The notes: a model not told the origin generated them from the sequence alone. A stretch of DNA of 64,000 bases from Candidatus Nezhaarchaeales archaeon (GCA_038887515.1 JAWAKK010000001.1:480001-544000); one strand, 5' to 3'. Shown: positions 1 through 11,760, numbered from the stretch's first letter. Translations and numbers: made by a program.

Positions 1-1062
1 GATACGTGGATCATATGGAACCTAACGAGAGGGTCTAAAGAAAACTTAACTCCGGAGTTTAACGGAGCCTTTGTGACGGATTATAGCAATGCTAGCAGAA
101 GTATGATATTCAACATAAGGAAACTTGAATGGGACCTTGAGCTGGCAGAGGTGCAAGGGATGATACCGATAGAATCACTACCACTGACAAGACCGAGCAT
201 AGATAGAGAAATCTATGGGTATACTGGGCTGGAGATGAGGTCAATTCTAGGCTCTGTGGAGGTGCCAATAGCAGGTGATGCAGGAGATCAGCAGGCAGCT
301 CTCTTTGGGCAAGCTTGTTTTAGCGAGGGGGATGTGAAGTGCACCTATGGTACTGGTAACTTCATATTACTGAGCACTGGAAGAAGTGTGATAAGTTCAA
401 GGCATGGTCTCCTTGTTACAGTTTATTACAGTGATAAGCCGAAGTCAGCTTACTATGCCCTTGAAGGTAGCATATTTGTGACTGGTGCGGCTATTCAATG
501 GCTTAGGGACGGTTTGAAAATAATAGAAGTTTCAGCTGAAGTGGATCCTTTAGCTGAAGCAGCTGAAGACACTGGTGGAGTGTACTTCGTCCCAGCCTTC
601 ACGGGACTGGGTGCACCTTACTGGGATCCGTACGCTAGAGGGCTGATAATCGGCATAACAAGGAACACCACGAGAAGGCACATTGCAAGAGCAGCGCTTG
701 AATCGATAGCCTACTTGACCCGCGATGTAGTGGAAGTAATGAAGTTAGACGCAAGGAGGGAGATAAGCATACTGAAGGCTGACGGTGGAGCTTCTAGAAG
801 CAACTTCTTAATGCAGTTTCAAGCAGACGTCCTCGGCATTAAGGTTATCAGACCAGTCGTTTATGAGACCACAAGCCTCGGAGCAGCATTCATGGCTGGG
901 CTTGCAACAGGTGTTTGGAAGTCATTAGAAGAATTAAGTAGAGTATGGAAGCCTGAGAAGGTCTTCGAACCCAAGATGTCATTTGAAGAGCGAGAGAAGC
1001 GGTATGCAAATTGGAGGGCAGCAGTTAAAAGAGCCCTCAACTGGGCTAAGGAAGCTTCATAG
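1..1062 (+). CDS. glpK: Glycerol kinase (5'-truncated by window edge)
   Basis: Frame open from base 1 (DTWIIWNLT...). Motifs [52 protein letters not shown]. Confidence 0.95.
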   Translation, partial: DTWIIWNLTRGSKENLTPEFNGAFVTDYSNASRSMIFNIRKLEWDLELAEVQGMIPIESLPLTRPSIDREIYGYTGLEMRSILGSVEVPIAGDAGDQQAALFGQACFSEGDVKCTYGTGNFILLSTGRSVISSRHGLLVTVYYSDKPKSAYYALEGSIFVTGAAIQWLRDGLKIIEVSAEVDPLAEAAEDTGGVYFVPAFTGLGAPYWDPYARGLIIGITRNTTRRHIARAALESIAYLTRDVVEVMKLDARREISILKADGGASRSNFLMQFQADVLGIKVIRPVVYETTSLGAAFMAGLATGVWKSLEELSRVWKPEKVFEPKMSFEEREKRYANWRAAVKRALNWAKEAS

Positions 1063-1080
1063 TTATCAGAATAGAGAGAA

Positions 1081-2558
1081 GTGGTGTCGTTGAGGATCAT
1101 TATCATAGGAGCAGGAGTTGTTGGAGCAAGTATAGCCTACGTATTCTCCACCATCAAGGACCTAGAAGTGATCGTAGTAGAGAAGGAACCTGATGTTTGT
1201 TGGGGGGGTTAGTAAAGCTAATACTGGGATCATACATCCAGGTCACGAGGAGGATCCAAGAGTTCATCCTTTGAGAGCAAAGTTATGCGTAGAAGGCAAT
1301 AAGCTTTGGAGGAAATGGTCTTCACTAATGAACATACACTTCGAGGAGAGGGGGGAACTTATGATTTTCATAACACCAGAGGAAAGAAAGGAAGCTCTAA
1401 AGTACGTCGACCTTGCTAGGCTTAACGATGTGCCTGGAGTTTATATGCTTGAAGGACGTGAGGTTCTATTATTGGAGAAAAACGTGTCACCAAATGTACT
1501 TGGTGCAGTATACGCTAAGACTGCTGGTGTCATAAGCCCCTTTGAAGCCACCATAGCATTGGTAGAGAACGCCGTTGCGAATGGTGCAAGACTCTTAGTC
1601 AACACAGAAGTTGAGAGGATCGTCGTCAAGAATGGAGTGGTTAGAGGGGTTAAAACCAAGAGGGGTTTCATAGAGGGCGACGTAGTTGTAAATGCTGCAG
1701 GTCTTTACTCAGATAAGCTAGCACACACAGCCGGTGTAGAATTGGATTTCGAGATAAAACCAAGAAGAGGGCAGTACCTCCTTTTTGAAAAGGAGGCTGA
1801 GCCCAAGCCAAGAACAATACTTCATACGACACCCCCTAACCAAAGGAGTTTACGTCGTAACAACAGTTCACGGAAATCTCCTAGTAGGACCCACAGCCGA
1901 GGATTTGGACTATGAGGAAAGGGAGAATACCGCTACCACTGAAGCTGGGCTGGAACAATTAATTAAAGAGGCTCCAAGGATATACAGAATTCCGCCAAGA
2001 TCGAAAGTGATAAGATTCTTCAGCGGCTTAAGGCCTGAGCCACCTAATGGTAATTGGCTTATAAAGGCGTATGTCGAACCATGGGGTCTAGTCAACGTAG
2101 CAGGAATCAGGTCCCATGGGCTAACAGCTGCTCCTTCAATAGCATATTACGTCAAAGAGGTTGTTGAAGAGACTTTCGACTTAAGGCTTGAAGATAAGGA
2201 GGAGGTTAAGGTGGTGAAGAGCATAGAAAGGATGGCCGAGAAGAGTTACGAAGAGATAGACAAGCTCATACAGCAGAATCTCGACTACGGTGAAGTGATT
2301 TGCTATTGTGATGTGGTCTCGAGAGCTGAAGTACTTGAAGCACTGCAAAGGATCCTTGGAATAGGAGCTGAGCCCACGATTGATGGAGTAAAGTTTAGGA
2401 CGACCGCTGGCTTCGGTAAGTGTCAAGGATCTAGATGCAGAATAAGCATCGCCCAGATAATCTCTGAAGTCACTGGCAAGCCCCTCCACGCTGTGATGTG
2501 GAGGAGAGCCCCAATAGGTGTAGGTGATGTAAAGGTGCTCTTGAGGCAAAGAACATGA
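1081..2558 (+). pseudogene. FAD-dependent glycerol-3-phosphate dehydrogenase (GlpA-like, C-terminal BFD-like 2Fe-2S domain), split by two frameshifts
   Basis: From 1081: IIIIGAGVVGAS...VVEKEPDVCW, then a G7 run at 1202-1208 shifts into ORF 1193..1915 (VSKANTGIIHPG). A second shift near 1830-1836 (LHTTP / PLTKGV) leads into 1785..2558 (VICYC...GKCQGSRC). Confidence 0.85.
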
Positions 2559-3808
2559 GGCAAGTGAATTACGAAGCTGTCGTGATAGGTGGAGGACCAG
2601 CCGGGCTAGCAGCTGCTACAAAATTGGCCAAGAACGGCTTGAACATACTCCTCATAGAGAACAAGAGGTACCTTGGTGGAATACCAGTTCAATGTGTTCA
2701 CACAGGGTTTGGGCTTCTCCATTTCAAAAAGGACATGGCTGGAACAGAGTTTGCACAGAAGCTAATAGACATGTTCTTGAACACAGGAGCAGACTACATG
2801 GTTAAAGCTCACATTAGTGAAATAAGAGAAAAGACTCAGAGCACCTACGAGCTATTTGCAATATCTCGCGATGGTGTCTACAAGATAGAGACAAAGGACT
2901 TAGTTTACGCTGCAGGCGCGCGTGAGAGAAGCATATTTGAGATATGGGTGACAGGAGAGAGGCCTGAGGGCATTTATACAGCTGGAGAAGCTCAGGCATT
3001 AATGGACCTGTACGGCATCATGCCTGGAAGAGAGGTAGTAGTCATTGGAAGCGGCGATGTCGGCTTGATAATGGCTCGTAGGTTCGCTCTTGAAGAAGCG
3101 AACGCGAAGGCCGTCATAGAGATCATGCCCTACCCCGGCGGGCTAATTAGGAACGTTGTGTGGTGCTTGCATGACTTCAATATACCACTCCTCCTTAGCC
3201 ACATGGTGAAGAGGATTGAGGGCAAAAATAGAGTTGAGAAGGTTGTTGTGTGTAGAGTGGACGAAGAGCTGAAGCCTATACCGGGCTCAGATTTCGAGTT
3301 GAAGTGCGATACTGTAATAGTCTCAGCTGGCCTTAGGCCCGACATAGATCTGCTAGCTAAATTGGGCGTAGAGATTGATCCCGCTACAGGTGGTCCAGTG
3401 GTGAACGACCTTCTTGAGACGAGCAAGCCTAGAGTGCATGTCGCTGGGAACACGTTACTCATAAACGATTTGGTGGACTACGCCGTAGAGCAGGGTGAGT
3501 GGGCTGCTGAAGGTTTCTTAGAGAGGCTTGATGAGCAAGGGGACCATGAAGCCAAGATTAAAGTAGAGGCTGGCGAGGGCTTAAGATTTGTCGTGCCCCA
3601 CTACATTTCAGGTCTGAGGGATGTGATGTTCTACATGAGGGTTCGTATGCCAATAGAAGACGTGACGCTGGAGGCTGACGAGATAGGACTTCGCATGAAG
3701 CTTTACAAGGCTAGGCCCGCTGAGATTATTAGAATTAAGATCCCGAAGAAAGCACTTATGAGAGCTGAAGGGGTAGGCACCATAACATTTCATGTGAGAA
3801 GAACATAG
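2555..3808 (+). CDS. NAD(P)/FAD-dependent oxidoreductase, partner subunit of G3P dehydrogenase
   Basis: GGGPAGLAAA, GGIPVQCVHTGFG, GSGDVGLIMARR. 4-nt overlap with the upstream gene. Confidence 0.85.
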   Translation: MRQVNYEAVVIGGGPAGLAAATKLAKNGLNILLIENKRYLGGIPVQCVHTGFGLLHFKKDMAGTEFAQKLIDMFLNTGADYMVKAHISEIREKTQSTYELFAISRDGVYKIETKDLVYAAGARERSIFEIWVTGERPEGIYTAGEAQALMDLYGIMPGREVVVIGSGDVGLIMARRFALEEANAKAVIEIMPYPGGLIRNVVWCLHDFNIPLLLSHMVKRIEGKNRVEKVVVCRVDEELKPIPGSDFELKCDTVIVSAGLRPDIDLLAKLGVEIDPATGGPVVNDLLETSKPRVHVAGNTLLINDLVDYAVEQGEWAAEGFLERLDEQGDHEAKIKVEAGEGLRFVVPHYISGLRDVMFYMRVRMPIEDVTLEADEIGLRMKLYKARPAEIIRIKIPKKALMRAEGVGTITFHVRRT

Positions 3809-3920
3809 TAGTAACTCAAGCAATTGGTGCTGATCGCCCGACACCTCGTTTCCTCTACGTCGACTGCATGGCAAGAGATATTACAGTTAAGCTCAAAAAC
3901 TCAATAACTGGGTGCTGCCC

Positions 3921-4752
3921 TTGGCTTATTTTGAAGAGTTTGTAAAGCTTTGAAGCGGGATCGAGGTCTACCATAGATGTTGGACGGCAACTAATAGTAA
4001 AGGACTCATAGTGGGGATCCACGGCTTCGCGGAGCATGGTGGTAGATATGAGCATGTGGGCAAGTTCTTTGCAGATAATTTCTACGACTTCTGCATCATG
4101 GATTTAAGGGGGCATGTGAGAACAGCCGAGAAGACCACAAGGGGGTACGTAAAGAAGTTTGAAGACTACTTGGACGATCTAGGAGCGTACATAGAGTACG
4201 TGTCGTCGAGGACAAGGGCATGAGAAGGCATATTTACTAGGCCACAGCATGGGCGGCTTAATAGCAGTTTACTACGCTGGCTGCGTCGGTAAATGCGTTA
4301 GGACCCTCATTATCAGCGGGGCAGGAGTGTACTTAGTTATCCCAGCTCTGCAAAGACTTCTATTAGTGCTTCTTAGCGCTATCTCGCCCATGAGAAGGAT
4401 TGCCCTACCAATAGACCCAAGAGAGCTCTCGACCGATCCTGAAGTCGGTAGAAGGTATATGGAGGACCCCCTAGTATTCAAAGACCCCACAGTCAAGCTC
4501 CTACGCGAGCTCATAGGGGCTTCCCAAAGAGTTTGGAGGTACGTTGAGAAGATAAACGTGCCAGCACTAATAATGCATGGAGCCGACGATAAGATAGTGC
4601 CCGTCGAAGCATCAAGGAAGCTGTACAATGCGCTTAAAATTCAAAATAAAAATTTAAAAATATACCCCAACATGAAGCACGAAATTTTAAATGAAGTAGC
4701 TAAGCAAAACGTCTTGAGCGACATACTAGGGTGGCTTCAATCGCATCAGTAA
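3921..4752 (+). pseudogene. Alpha/beta hydrolase (monoacylglycerol lipase/lysophospholipase), interrupted
   Basis: TTG 3921 MAYFEEFVKL, in-frame TGA 3951-3953, then HGFAEHGGRY. Frameshift near 4213-4220 just before LLGHSMGG. C-terminus has HGADD and HEILNE. Confidence 0.8.
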
Positions 4753-4843
4753 AACCTCTTTTTTATGTTGTAAAGTTCTGTGAAGCATCAATTAAGCTTC
4801 GACCTCTTAAACTACTCTAAGGACGTTATTGACTGTTTCGAGG

Positions 4844-5131
4844 TCACACTCTGTGCATGGCCTTAAATATGTCGGAGTGTTGGACGAAAACCTCAACGCC
4901 CAGCTCCTTAGCCTTAGCCTCAAGCCTCTCTCTAAGCTCGTTCAAACTGCACCTAGCCTTGCTCATGTCAGCAATCATTATCATCGCGAAGAAGCCCCTT
5001 AGAACGGTTTGGCTAATATCCTCGATGTTCACATTAAAGCTCGCCAAGACGTTCGCAATTCCAGCAACTATACCTGGCTTATCGACACCTATAACCGTGA
5101 TCACTATAAGATCTTTATCGTGAGACCGCAT
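4844..5131 (-). CDS. ACT domain protein (UPF0237-like)
   Basis: ITVIGVDKPGIVA...NIEDISQT...IFKAMHRV. Confidence 0.9.
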   Translation of the reverse strand: MRSHDKDLIVITVIGVDKPGIVAGIANVLASFNVNIEDISQTVLRGFFAMIMIADMSKARCSLNELRERLEAKAKELGVEVFVQHSDIFKAMHRV

Positions 5132-5590
5132 AGTTTACACCCAATAAGCAAATTAAACATCTTTAAACATTTTTAAACACTTTGAGAAAATAATGCTAGA
5201 TGCAACGAGACAAAGGAAAATAACCATTGAAAATTTCGGAAAGCCTTGTCGTAATTATCGTAATTATTGCTCACGTTCTGCATAACTACTATTAAAGGTT
5301 TAGTAGCTTGTTAGAGTCTTACAGGGTTGTATAATCTTGTCGATGTGCAGTTCCTCTTACAACCTTCATAAAAGTTAGAGGAATTTGCTTTGATAATTTT
5401 CTTTTTAAATAGTAATAAAGAGCTTCGTTAAAATGTGGTCAAGCTAGTTACTTTGTGTTTACGGAAGCTGCTTCAAAAATTAAAAAGTTGAAGCGAATAA
5501 AGCTGTACGATGTTTAGCTGAATCTTAAAAATTTTTAAATAAAAAATATGAAGTTTTAGTGTAATAAGAGAATACTGAAGGGAAGGCGAT

Positions 5591-8182
5591 TTGATGAAAA
5601 AGAGTGTTGGAATCCCCATACTTATGATCATCCTACTGACCTTCAACGTTTTTGCAACAATATCGATATCAGCCTCAGCTGAAAGCGGTCCAGCAACAGA
5701 CACCATAGAATTTAAGAGAGTCCCCGTGGACCTGGCGGCTCAAGCATTAAAAGCTGGCGAGATAGACTACTACATTTTCGGGTTAAGGCCAGCTCAGGCC
5801 GAGGCGTTGAAAGGTGATCCAGACGTAGCTCTATACTATGCGCCTGCTGGTTTAGTCAGTATTGTACTGAACCCAGCACCAGCACCAAAAGGAACATTGA
5901 ATCCGCTCTCAATAAGAGAAGTGAGGTTTGCTTTGAATTATCTGCTTGATAGGGATTACGTCGTTAATCAGATATACAAAGGGTTTGCAGCACCAATGGT
6001 AACGTTCCTCTCTCAATACGATCCCGACTACGTAACAATCTACGATATAATAGCTAAATACGACTTTAAGTACGATCCAGTAACTGCCGCAGCCATAATT
6101 GATAAAGCATTGACACGAGCTGGTGCCAGCAAAATAGGAGGAAAGTGGTACTACGATGGCAAGCCGATAACCCTAAACTTCATTATAAGAATTGAAGATG
6201 AAAGAAGAGAGATAGGCGACATGCTCGCCTCAGCACTTGAGAGTGTGGGCTTCACAGTTAACAGGCTCTACATGGCTTTTGGGCAAGCAATATCAATAAT
6301 ATATGGAACTGACCCTAAAGAATTGCAATGGCACCTCTATACTGAAGGCTGGGGTAAGTCAGCCCCTGAAAAGCACGATTATTCAATCATCAACCAATTT
6401 GGTGCACCATGGTATGGTTACATGCCAGGTTGGCAGGAAGCCGGGTACTGGCAATACGAGAACTCTACAATAGATGAACTTGGAAAGAAGATCTACATGG
6501 GTAACTTCATGAACAAAGAGGAGAGAGACGAGATGTACAGGAAGGCCACGGAGATGATAATTCAAGAGTCTGTGAGAATATGGATCGCTACAAGGCTAGA
6601 AGCACATCCAACTAAGAAGGAGGTTAGCGGATTAACAGAGGATGTGGGTACAGGGCTTAGATCACCATTTAATCCACGAGAAGTCTACATACCTGGTAAG
6701 ACCACCATAAGAATTGGTCACCTGTGGGTTCACACCGAGAGTACTGCTTGGAACCCGATAGGAGGTCACGATGATGTGTACAGCGTGGATATATGGAGGG
6801 CTGTACATGACCCGTTTATGTGGAGGCATCCATTTAGTGGAGCGCCCATTCCCTTGAGGTGGAGTTACAAGGTTACAACAGCTGGACCAGTAGGTAGCCT
6901 ATCCGTCCCTGAAGATGCCTTCATATGGGATGCGGTTTCAGATACATGGAAGCTTGTAGGGAGGGGGGTGACGGCTAAGAGCAAGGTCGTTTTCGATCTG
7001 TCAAAGTACGTGGGTACAAAGTGGCATAATGGTCAGACGATAACTTGGGCTGACGTTTTGTACGCGATATACCAAGCCTTTGAGATAGCTTATGACCCAA
7101 TAAAAAGCTCTATAGAATCGTCCATAGCTGCAACACTCAGTGAGACACTTAATCTATTTAAAGGCTTTAGAATAGTCGATGAAAAGTACTTAGAGGTTTA
7201 CGTGGACTACTGGCACTTTAGCGATGATTACATAGCTGAATATGCCGTCATCCCAGGAGGACATTATCCATGGGAATTGCTCGCTGCTATGGATAAAGTT
7301 GTCTTTGAAGATAAAGCAGCTATGTACTCGAGAAGCGCCTCTAAGAGTTATGGAGTTCCATGGCTTTCAGTTAATTTGAAGATGCACGGCGAACTAGTTA
7401 AGACAGCATTAGAGAAGATAGAGTTCGGTGATTATAAAAAGATCTTTACAGTAGGAGGCAAAGTCTACGCGAGCGAGGCAGAATTTGCAGCTAGAAGAGC
7501 TGCTGATATCGCGTGGTTCAACGATAAGGGTCACTTAGTAATTAGCGATGGACCATTCTATCTTAACGTATTTGACCCGGTAGCTCAATATGCTCAACTT
7601 AAAGCCTTTAGAGATCCAAGCTATCCGTTCTCGAAAGGTGATTGGTATTACGGTAAGCCAGAGCCTCCTAGAGTAGTTAGTGTAGGAGTACCAATGGTTG
7701 TTCCTGGCGGGTCAGCGTCAATAATAATTGAAGTTCAAGGCCTTCCACCTCTTGGAGTAAAGTACTTGATTAGAAATCCGATAACCGGAGACGTAGTAAG
7801 CATCGGAGATGCTGAAGCCCTAGCAGCTTCGAAGTTCGTCATTAGAATGTCGCCTACATTTACAGGAGCCTTGGAACCAGGACTCTATGAGCTGACTGCT
7901 ATTGCATATAGTGAGCAAGTAGCTTTCGTAGACGCAACTAAAACATACTTCGACGTCTTCAATGTACGGCCTTTGGAATCCACCTTCCGAGACATTGGAA
8001 CGGCCTTGTCTCAAGAAATAGCAAGGATAAGCAGTACCCTAGACTCTTTAACTCAAAGTCTAAACACCCTTGCGGCACAAGTGGGTAGCATGTCGATAAT
8101 GCTTATAGTCATAGCAGTACTCATCATAGTAGGCATAGCAGTTAGCAGCATGGGCCTCCGAAGGAGAACGGTAAAAGCCTAA
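5591..8182 (+). CDS. ABC transporter substrate-binding protein, peptide/nickel family 5, with N-terminal signal and C-terminal coiled coil plus TM anchor
   Basis: NPLSIREVRFALNYLLDR, WHNGQTITWADV, hydrophobic termini. Leads a dppBCDF-like operon. Confidence 0.9.
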   Translation: MMKKSVGIPILMIILLTFNVFATISISASAESGPATDTIEFKRVPVDLAAQALKAGEIDYYIFGLRPAQAEALKGDPDVALYYAPAGLVSIVLNPAPAPKGTLNPLSIREVRFALNYLLDRDYVVNQIYKGFAAPMVTFLSQYDPDYVTIYDIIAKYDFKYDPVTAAAIIDKALTRAGASKIGGKWYYDGKPITLNFIIRIEDERREIGDMLASALESVGFTVNRLYMAFGQAISIIYGTDPKELQWHLYTEGWGKSAPEKHDYSIINQFGAPWYGYMPGWQEAGYWQYENSTIDELGKKIYMGNFMNKEERDEMYRKATEMIIQESVRIWIATRLEAHPTKKEVSGLTEDVGTGLRSPFNPREVYIPGKTTIRIGHLWVHTESTAWNPIGGHDDVYSVDIWRAVHDPFMWRHPFSGAPIPLRWSYKVTTAGPVGSLSVPEDAFIWDAVSDTWKLVGRGVTAKSKVVFDLSKYVGTKWHNGQTITWADVLYAIYQAFEIAYDPIKSSIESSIAATLSETLNLFKGFRIVDEKYLEVYVDYWHFSDDYIAEYAVIPGGHYPWELLAAMDKVVFEDKAAMYSRSASKSYGVPWLSVNLKMHGELVKTALEKIEFGDYKKIFTVGGKVYASEAEFAARRAADIAWFNDKGHLVISDGPFYLNVFDPVAQYAQLKAFRDPSYPFSKGDWYYGKPEPPRVVSVGVPMVVPGGSASIIIEVQGLPPLGVKYLIRNPITGDVVSIGDAEALAASKFVIRMSPTFTGALEPGLYELTAIAYSEQVAFVDATKTYFDVFNVRPLESTFRDIGTALSQEIARISSTLDSLTQSLNTLAAQVGSMSIMLIVIAVLIIVGIAVSSMGLRRRTVKA

Positions 8183-8203
8183 ATCCACTTCTTTTAATTC
8201 ATC

Positions 8204-8212
8204 TTTTTTTTT
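8204..8212 (+). terminator. Oligo-T tract (archaeal terminator-like) after the SBP gene
   Basis: T9 run about 20 nt after the stop. A TTTATA box follows upstream of the permease gene. Confidence 0.45.
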
Positions 8213-8311
8213 ACTATTTGTCAGAGGATCAACAATTTTAAGGAAAGCTTTATATTTTCTTGAGATATTGGCGTAACGTTACGTGAAGCGCCGACCTCAA
8301 GGTGTTAGTTA

Positions 8312-9361
8312 TTGGGTCTCAAAAGAGCTTTGGCATTTAAAGCTACGAGCCTAGCGGTCGTTTTGTTATTTGTTTTGCTGTTAACTACAATAATCATAGG
8401 TGCAACGGGTATATCAGATAAGATACTAAGTGGCATGGTCCAAGACAACTTAAGGGCTATTCGACAAGAGCTAGCGCGTGAGATAAGAGACCCAGAGGAT
8501 TTAGAGAGAACTTTAGAGAAAATCAAAGAGGATCTTATTAGAAGTTACGGCTTAGATAAGCCGTGGTACGTCAGAATGCCTGACATGGTGTGGAGGATAT
8601 TGACGCTTGATCTTGGCAATTCCAGAACGGTAGCCAGCTTTTCTGGAAGCAATAAAATCTCTGATATAATATTGGAAAGGCTACCTAATACCGTATTCCT
8701 CATGATTACGGTCTTGATCATAAACTTTGCTTTAAGTTTAATGATAGGCGTTAAGGTCGCCACGAAACCTGGCTCATTCCTCGACAGGTTCGTTTCAATG
8801 TATTCTGCCGTGTCTTATGCTCTACCGACTTGGTGGTTGGGTATAATCATGATTTTGGCATTCGCTTTCTACCTCAAAATATTTCCATTTGGCGGTATGT
8901 ATAGTACACCACCACCAACAGACCCTTTAATGCGTAGTCTTGATTTAGCTTGGCACCTTTGCCTTCCAGTACTGACCTTAGTGATAGCAACGTCAGGTTC
9001 ATGGATTTACATAACTAGGAGCATTGTTATAACAACAGCTCAAGAAGACTTCGTAACTATAGCTAGAGCTAAGGGTCTTTCAGAAAGGACAGTTTTATGG
9101 AGGTACATAATTCGAGCTGCAGCGCCTCCGATTCTGACTAACCTTATTTTAAGTTTAGCTGCTTATCTTAGTGGAGCAATACTTACAGAGACCATCTTCT
9201 CATGGCCTGGGATGGGCCTTTTATACTTTGAGGCCATAATGTCTGTAGATGAAGCGCTAATACTTGCTTTAACGTACATGTACACACTCATATACGTCAT
9301 TGCAAGGTTCGTTCTTGAAGTCCTTTATGTCACGGTTGATCCACGGGTGAGGTATGCATGA
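8312..9361 (+). CDS. ABC peptide transporter permease (DppB/OppB family)
   Basis: DLGNS, ERLPNT, EDFVTIARAKGL, ETIFSWPGMG, DPRVRY. Confidence 0.93.
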   Translation: MGLKRALAFKATSLAVVLLFVLLLTTIIIGATGISDKILSGMVQDNLRAIRQELAREIRDPEDLERTLEKIKEDLIRSYGLDKPWYVRMPDMVWRILTLDLGNSRTVASFSGSNKISDIILERLPNTVFLMITVLIINFALSLMIGVKVATKPGSFLDRFVSMYSAVSYALPTWWLGIIMILAFAFYLKIFPFGGMYSTPPPTDPLMRSLDLAWHLCLPVLTLVIATSGSWIYITRSIVITTAQEDFVTIARAKGLSERTVLWRYIIRAAAPPILTNLILSLAAYLSGAILTETIFSWPGMGLLYFEAIMSVDEALILALTYMYTLIYVIARFVLEVLYVTVDPRVRYA

Positions 9362-10791
9362 GTAGATACCTCAGAGAGAATTTAAGCGAATTCTGGGCAA
9401 GCAAGACTTCGAAGATAGGATTGGCTTTCCTATTAGTACTTGTTTTAATTTCGATGTATGTTGTACTCACATTCCCCCTAGATTATGGAACACGCTACTG
9501 GAATAATCCAAAGTACTGGGTCGACAACCCCAAGGTTGCAATGCCTGAGTGGATCAACTTCTTCACTGGGAATAAGTTTCTTGAACATAAAATACTATCA
9601 ACAAGCACCATTCAGAGATCGTATCCTTCAGGAGCTTATTACATTAAGTCTTACGAGTTCGTATACGAACTTACTGTCGAGCAATCCCCCCTGTTTCTCA
9701 CATTAAAACTTGATAATGTAACTTATTTCTCAAAACCTCCAACAATAGAACTGCTCGTAACGAGGCCTGACAATAGCACCATCAGCATGTATAAGTTCAT
9801 AGTTGAAGCACCTATTGCAGGCGAAGAGCCGCCATACAACAGGTATGTAGTTGAACCGAAGAGAATAATGTTGAGTGGAGAGCCACAATTGTCTTTGGTT
9901 CTCTCAAACTTCTTGCTAGATAGATATAATCTGTCTATTGAGTCAAAGACTTTGGCTGAGATTGGTTACGAAAAAATTATTTTCGGAGAGCCTTACGATG
10001 GTGACTTTAAGCCGCTTAAGGGTAAGTATATTTTTACGGTCCTACTTTATGCAAGAGATGTTAGGGATCAAATAGATAGAGTAACAATAGTTGTTGGCGG
10101 CCAAGTTTATGGATTAATGGGAACTGACGTCCTAGGAAGAGACTTGTCGCAAGGATTACTCTTCGGCTTCCCAGTTGCTCTACTTATAGGAGTTGTTGTC
10201 TCGATCTTGTCCACTATAATCGGTGCTACGCTAGGAATCGTTAGTGGGTATATTGGAGGACGGGTAGACGTGATGATACAACGTATTTGTGACGTGATGA
10301 ATAATATACCTCAGCTCCCACTTCTCATATTCTTGACTTTCATATTTGGGGGGAAGCTCTGGATAATCGTGATTATTCTAGTGATCTTCGGATGGCCATC
10401 ACTCGTAATAATCGTTCGATCTATGGTATTGCAAGCAAAATCTTCACCCTTTATTGAAGCAGCCATATCAGTAGGTGCATCACGGTGGCGCATAATGATT
10501 CGACACATTTTCCCGCAGGTGGCACCATACGTCTTAGCTCAAATGATATTCTTCACACCTTCAGCAATACTTGCTGAAGCTGCCCTAAGCTTTTTAGGAT
10601 TGGGCGATCCATCAATACCGACTTGGGGTCAAATTCTCGAATACGGTTTCCGTAATGGAGCCGTTTTTCTAGGCTATTGGTGGTGGATACTGCCTCCAGG
10701 TCTGTTAATAGTTTTCTCCGCAATAGCGTTCGTGTTCATAGCTCTTGGTTTAGAGCCCGTTGTAAATCCAAGATTAAGGCGGTGGCGATAA
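9358..10791 (+). CDS. ABC peptide transporter permease (DppC/OppC family) with large extracellular loop
   Basis: GTDVLGRD, FIEAAISVGAS, EAALSFLGLG, NPRLR. Confidence 0.93.
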   Translation: MSRYLRENLSEFWASKTSKIGLAFLLVLVLISMYVVLTFPLDYGTRYWNNPKYWVDNPKVAMPEWINFFTGNKFLEHKILSTSTIQRSYPSGAYYIKSYEFVYELTVEQSPLFLTLKLDNVTYFSKPPTIELLVTRPDNSTISMYKFIVEAPIAGEEPPYNRYVVEPKRIMLSGEPQLSLVLSNFLLDRYNLSIESKTLAEIGYEKIIFGEPYDGDFKPLKGKYIFTVLLYARDVRDQIDRVTIVVGGQVYGLMGTDVLGRDLSQGLLFGFPVALLIGVVVSILSTIIGATLGIVSGYIGGRVDVMIQRICDVMNNIPQLPLLIFLTFIFGGKLWIIVIILVIFGWPSLVIIVRSMVLQAKSSPFIEAAISVGASRWRIMIRHIFPQVAPYVLAQMIFFTPSAILAEAALSFLGLGDPSIPTWGQILEYGFRNGAVFLGYWWWILPPGLLIVFSAIAFVFIALGLEPVVNPRLRRWR

Positions 10792-11760
10792 ATGTCTCTC
10801 CTCGATGTCCATAATTTAAAGCTTTACTACAAAACTTTGAGGGGAACGCTCAGAGCAGTGGATGGAGTAAGCTTTTCTTTAGAGAAAGTGGAAACATTAG
10901 GGCTTGTAGGTGAATCGGGCTGTGGAAAGTCAAGTACAGCCACAGCAATAATGCGTCTCTTGCCGAGAAACGTTGAGCTGTATGATGGGAAAGTACTTCT
11001 AAATAGCATTGATCTGTTGAAGCTTAGTGAAAAAGAATTTAGAGAGAAGATAAGGTGGAAGAAAATCTCAATAGTTCCTCAGGGGGCAATGAACTCTTTT
11101 AACCCAGTTCTAAAGGTTGGCTTTCAAGTTGCTGAACCCCTAATGGTACATTTAAATATGAAAAGGCCTGAAGCTTTAAAGAAGGTTAGAGAGCTCTTCA
11201 AACTCGTAGGGCTGCCACCAGATTATATTGATAGATATCCGCACGAGCTCAGTGGCGGTATGAAGCAACGAGCCGCTATTGCTATGGCCTTAACGCTTAA
11301 TCCCGAGGTAGTAATTTTAGATGAGCCCACCTCAGCCTTGGATGTAAGTATTCAAGCACAAATAATGAACCTTCTAAAAAATTTGAAGAAGGAATTAGGA
11401 CTATCTATGATATTTATAACTCATGACATTGCTTTGGCAAGCGACATATGCGACAAGATTGGCGTAATGTACGCTGGACAGATCGTTGAGCTATCTTCAA
11501 GTGAAGGCGTGCTACTAAATCCAAAGCACCCTTATACACAAAAGTTGATATCTAGCATTCCACGTTTGAGAGAAGAGAAAATGCCAGAGTTCATACCGGG
11601 AGCTCCACCTGATCTTATAAACCCACCACCCGGTTGTAGATTCCATCCGAGATGCCCATACTCCGATGGAAAAAGATGCGCCAGAGAAGAGCCAGAGATG
11701 ATAGAGATTAAGGACGGCCACTTCGTAAAATGTTGGCTCTACAACGGTGGTTCTAGATGA
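10792..11760 (+). CDS. ABC peptide transporter ATPase (DppD/OppD family)
   Basis: GESGCGKS, YPHELSGGMKQR, DEPTSALD, C-terminal GCRFHPRCP. Confidence 0.95.
   Translation: MSLLDVHNLKLYYKTLRGTLRAVDGVSFSLEKVETLGLVGESGCGKSSTATAIMRLLPRNVELYDGKVLLNSIDLLKLSEKEFREKIRWKKISIVPQGAMNSFNPVLKVGFQVAEPLMVHLNMKRPEALKKVRELFKLVGLPPDYIDRYPHELSGGMKQRAAIAMALTLNPEVVILDEPTSALDVSIQAQIMNLLKNLKKELGLSMIFITHDIALASDICDKIGVMYAGQIVELSSSEGVLLNPKHPYTQKLISSIPRLREEKMPEFIPGAPPDLINPPPGCRFHPRCPYSDGKRCAREEPEMIEIKDGHFVKCWLYNGGSR
11616..11709 (+). repeat. 94-bp exact direct repeat, copy 1 (3' end of DppD-like gene)
   Basis: tataaacccaccacccggttgt...gatgatagagatt is identical to 12593-12686. Confidence 0.9.

Noticed and set aside
3951-3953. 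In-frame TGA as selenocysteine
   Set aside because: It is not at a catalytic Cys position, and the same gene also has a frameshift, which fits pseudogenisation.
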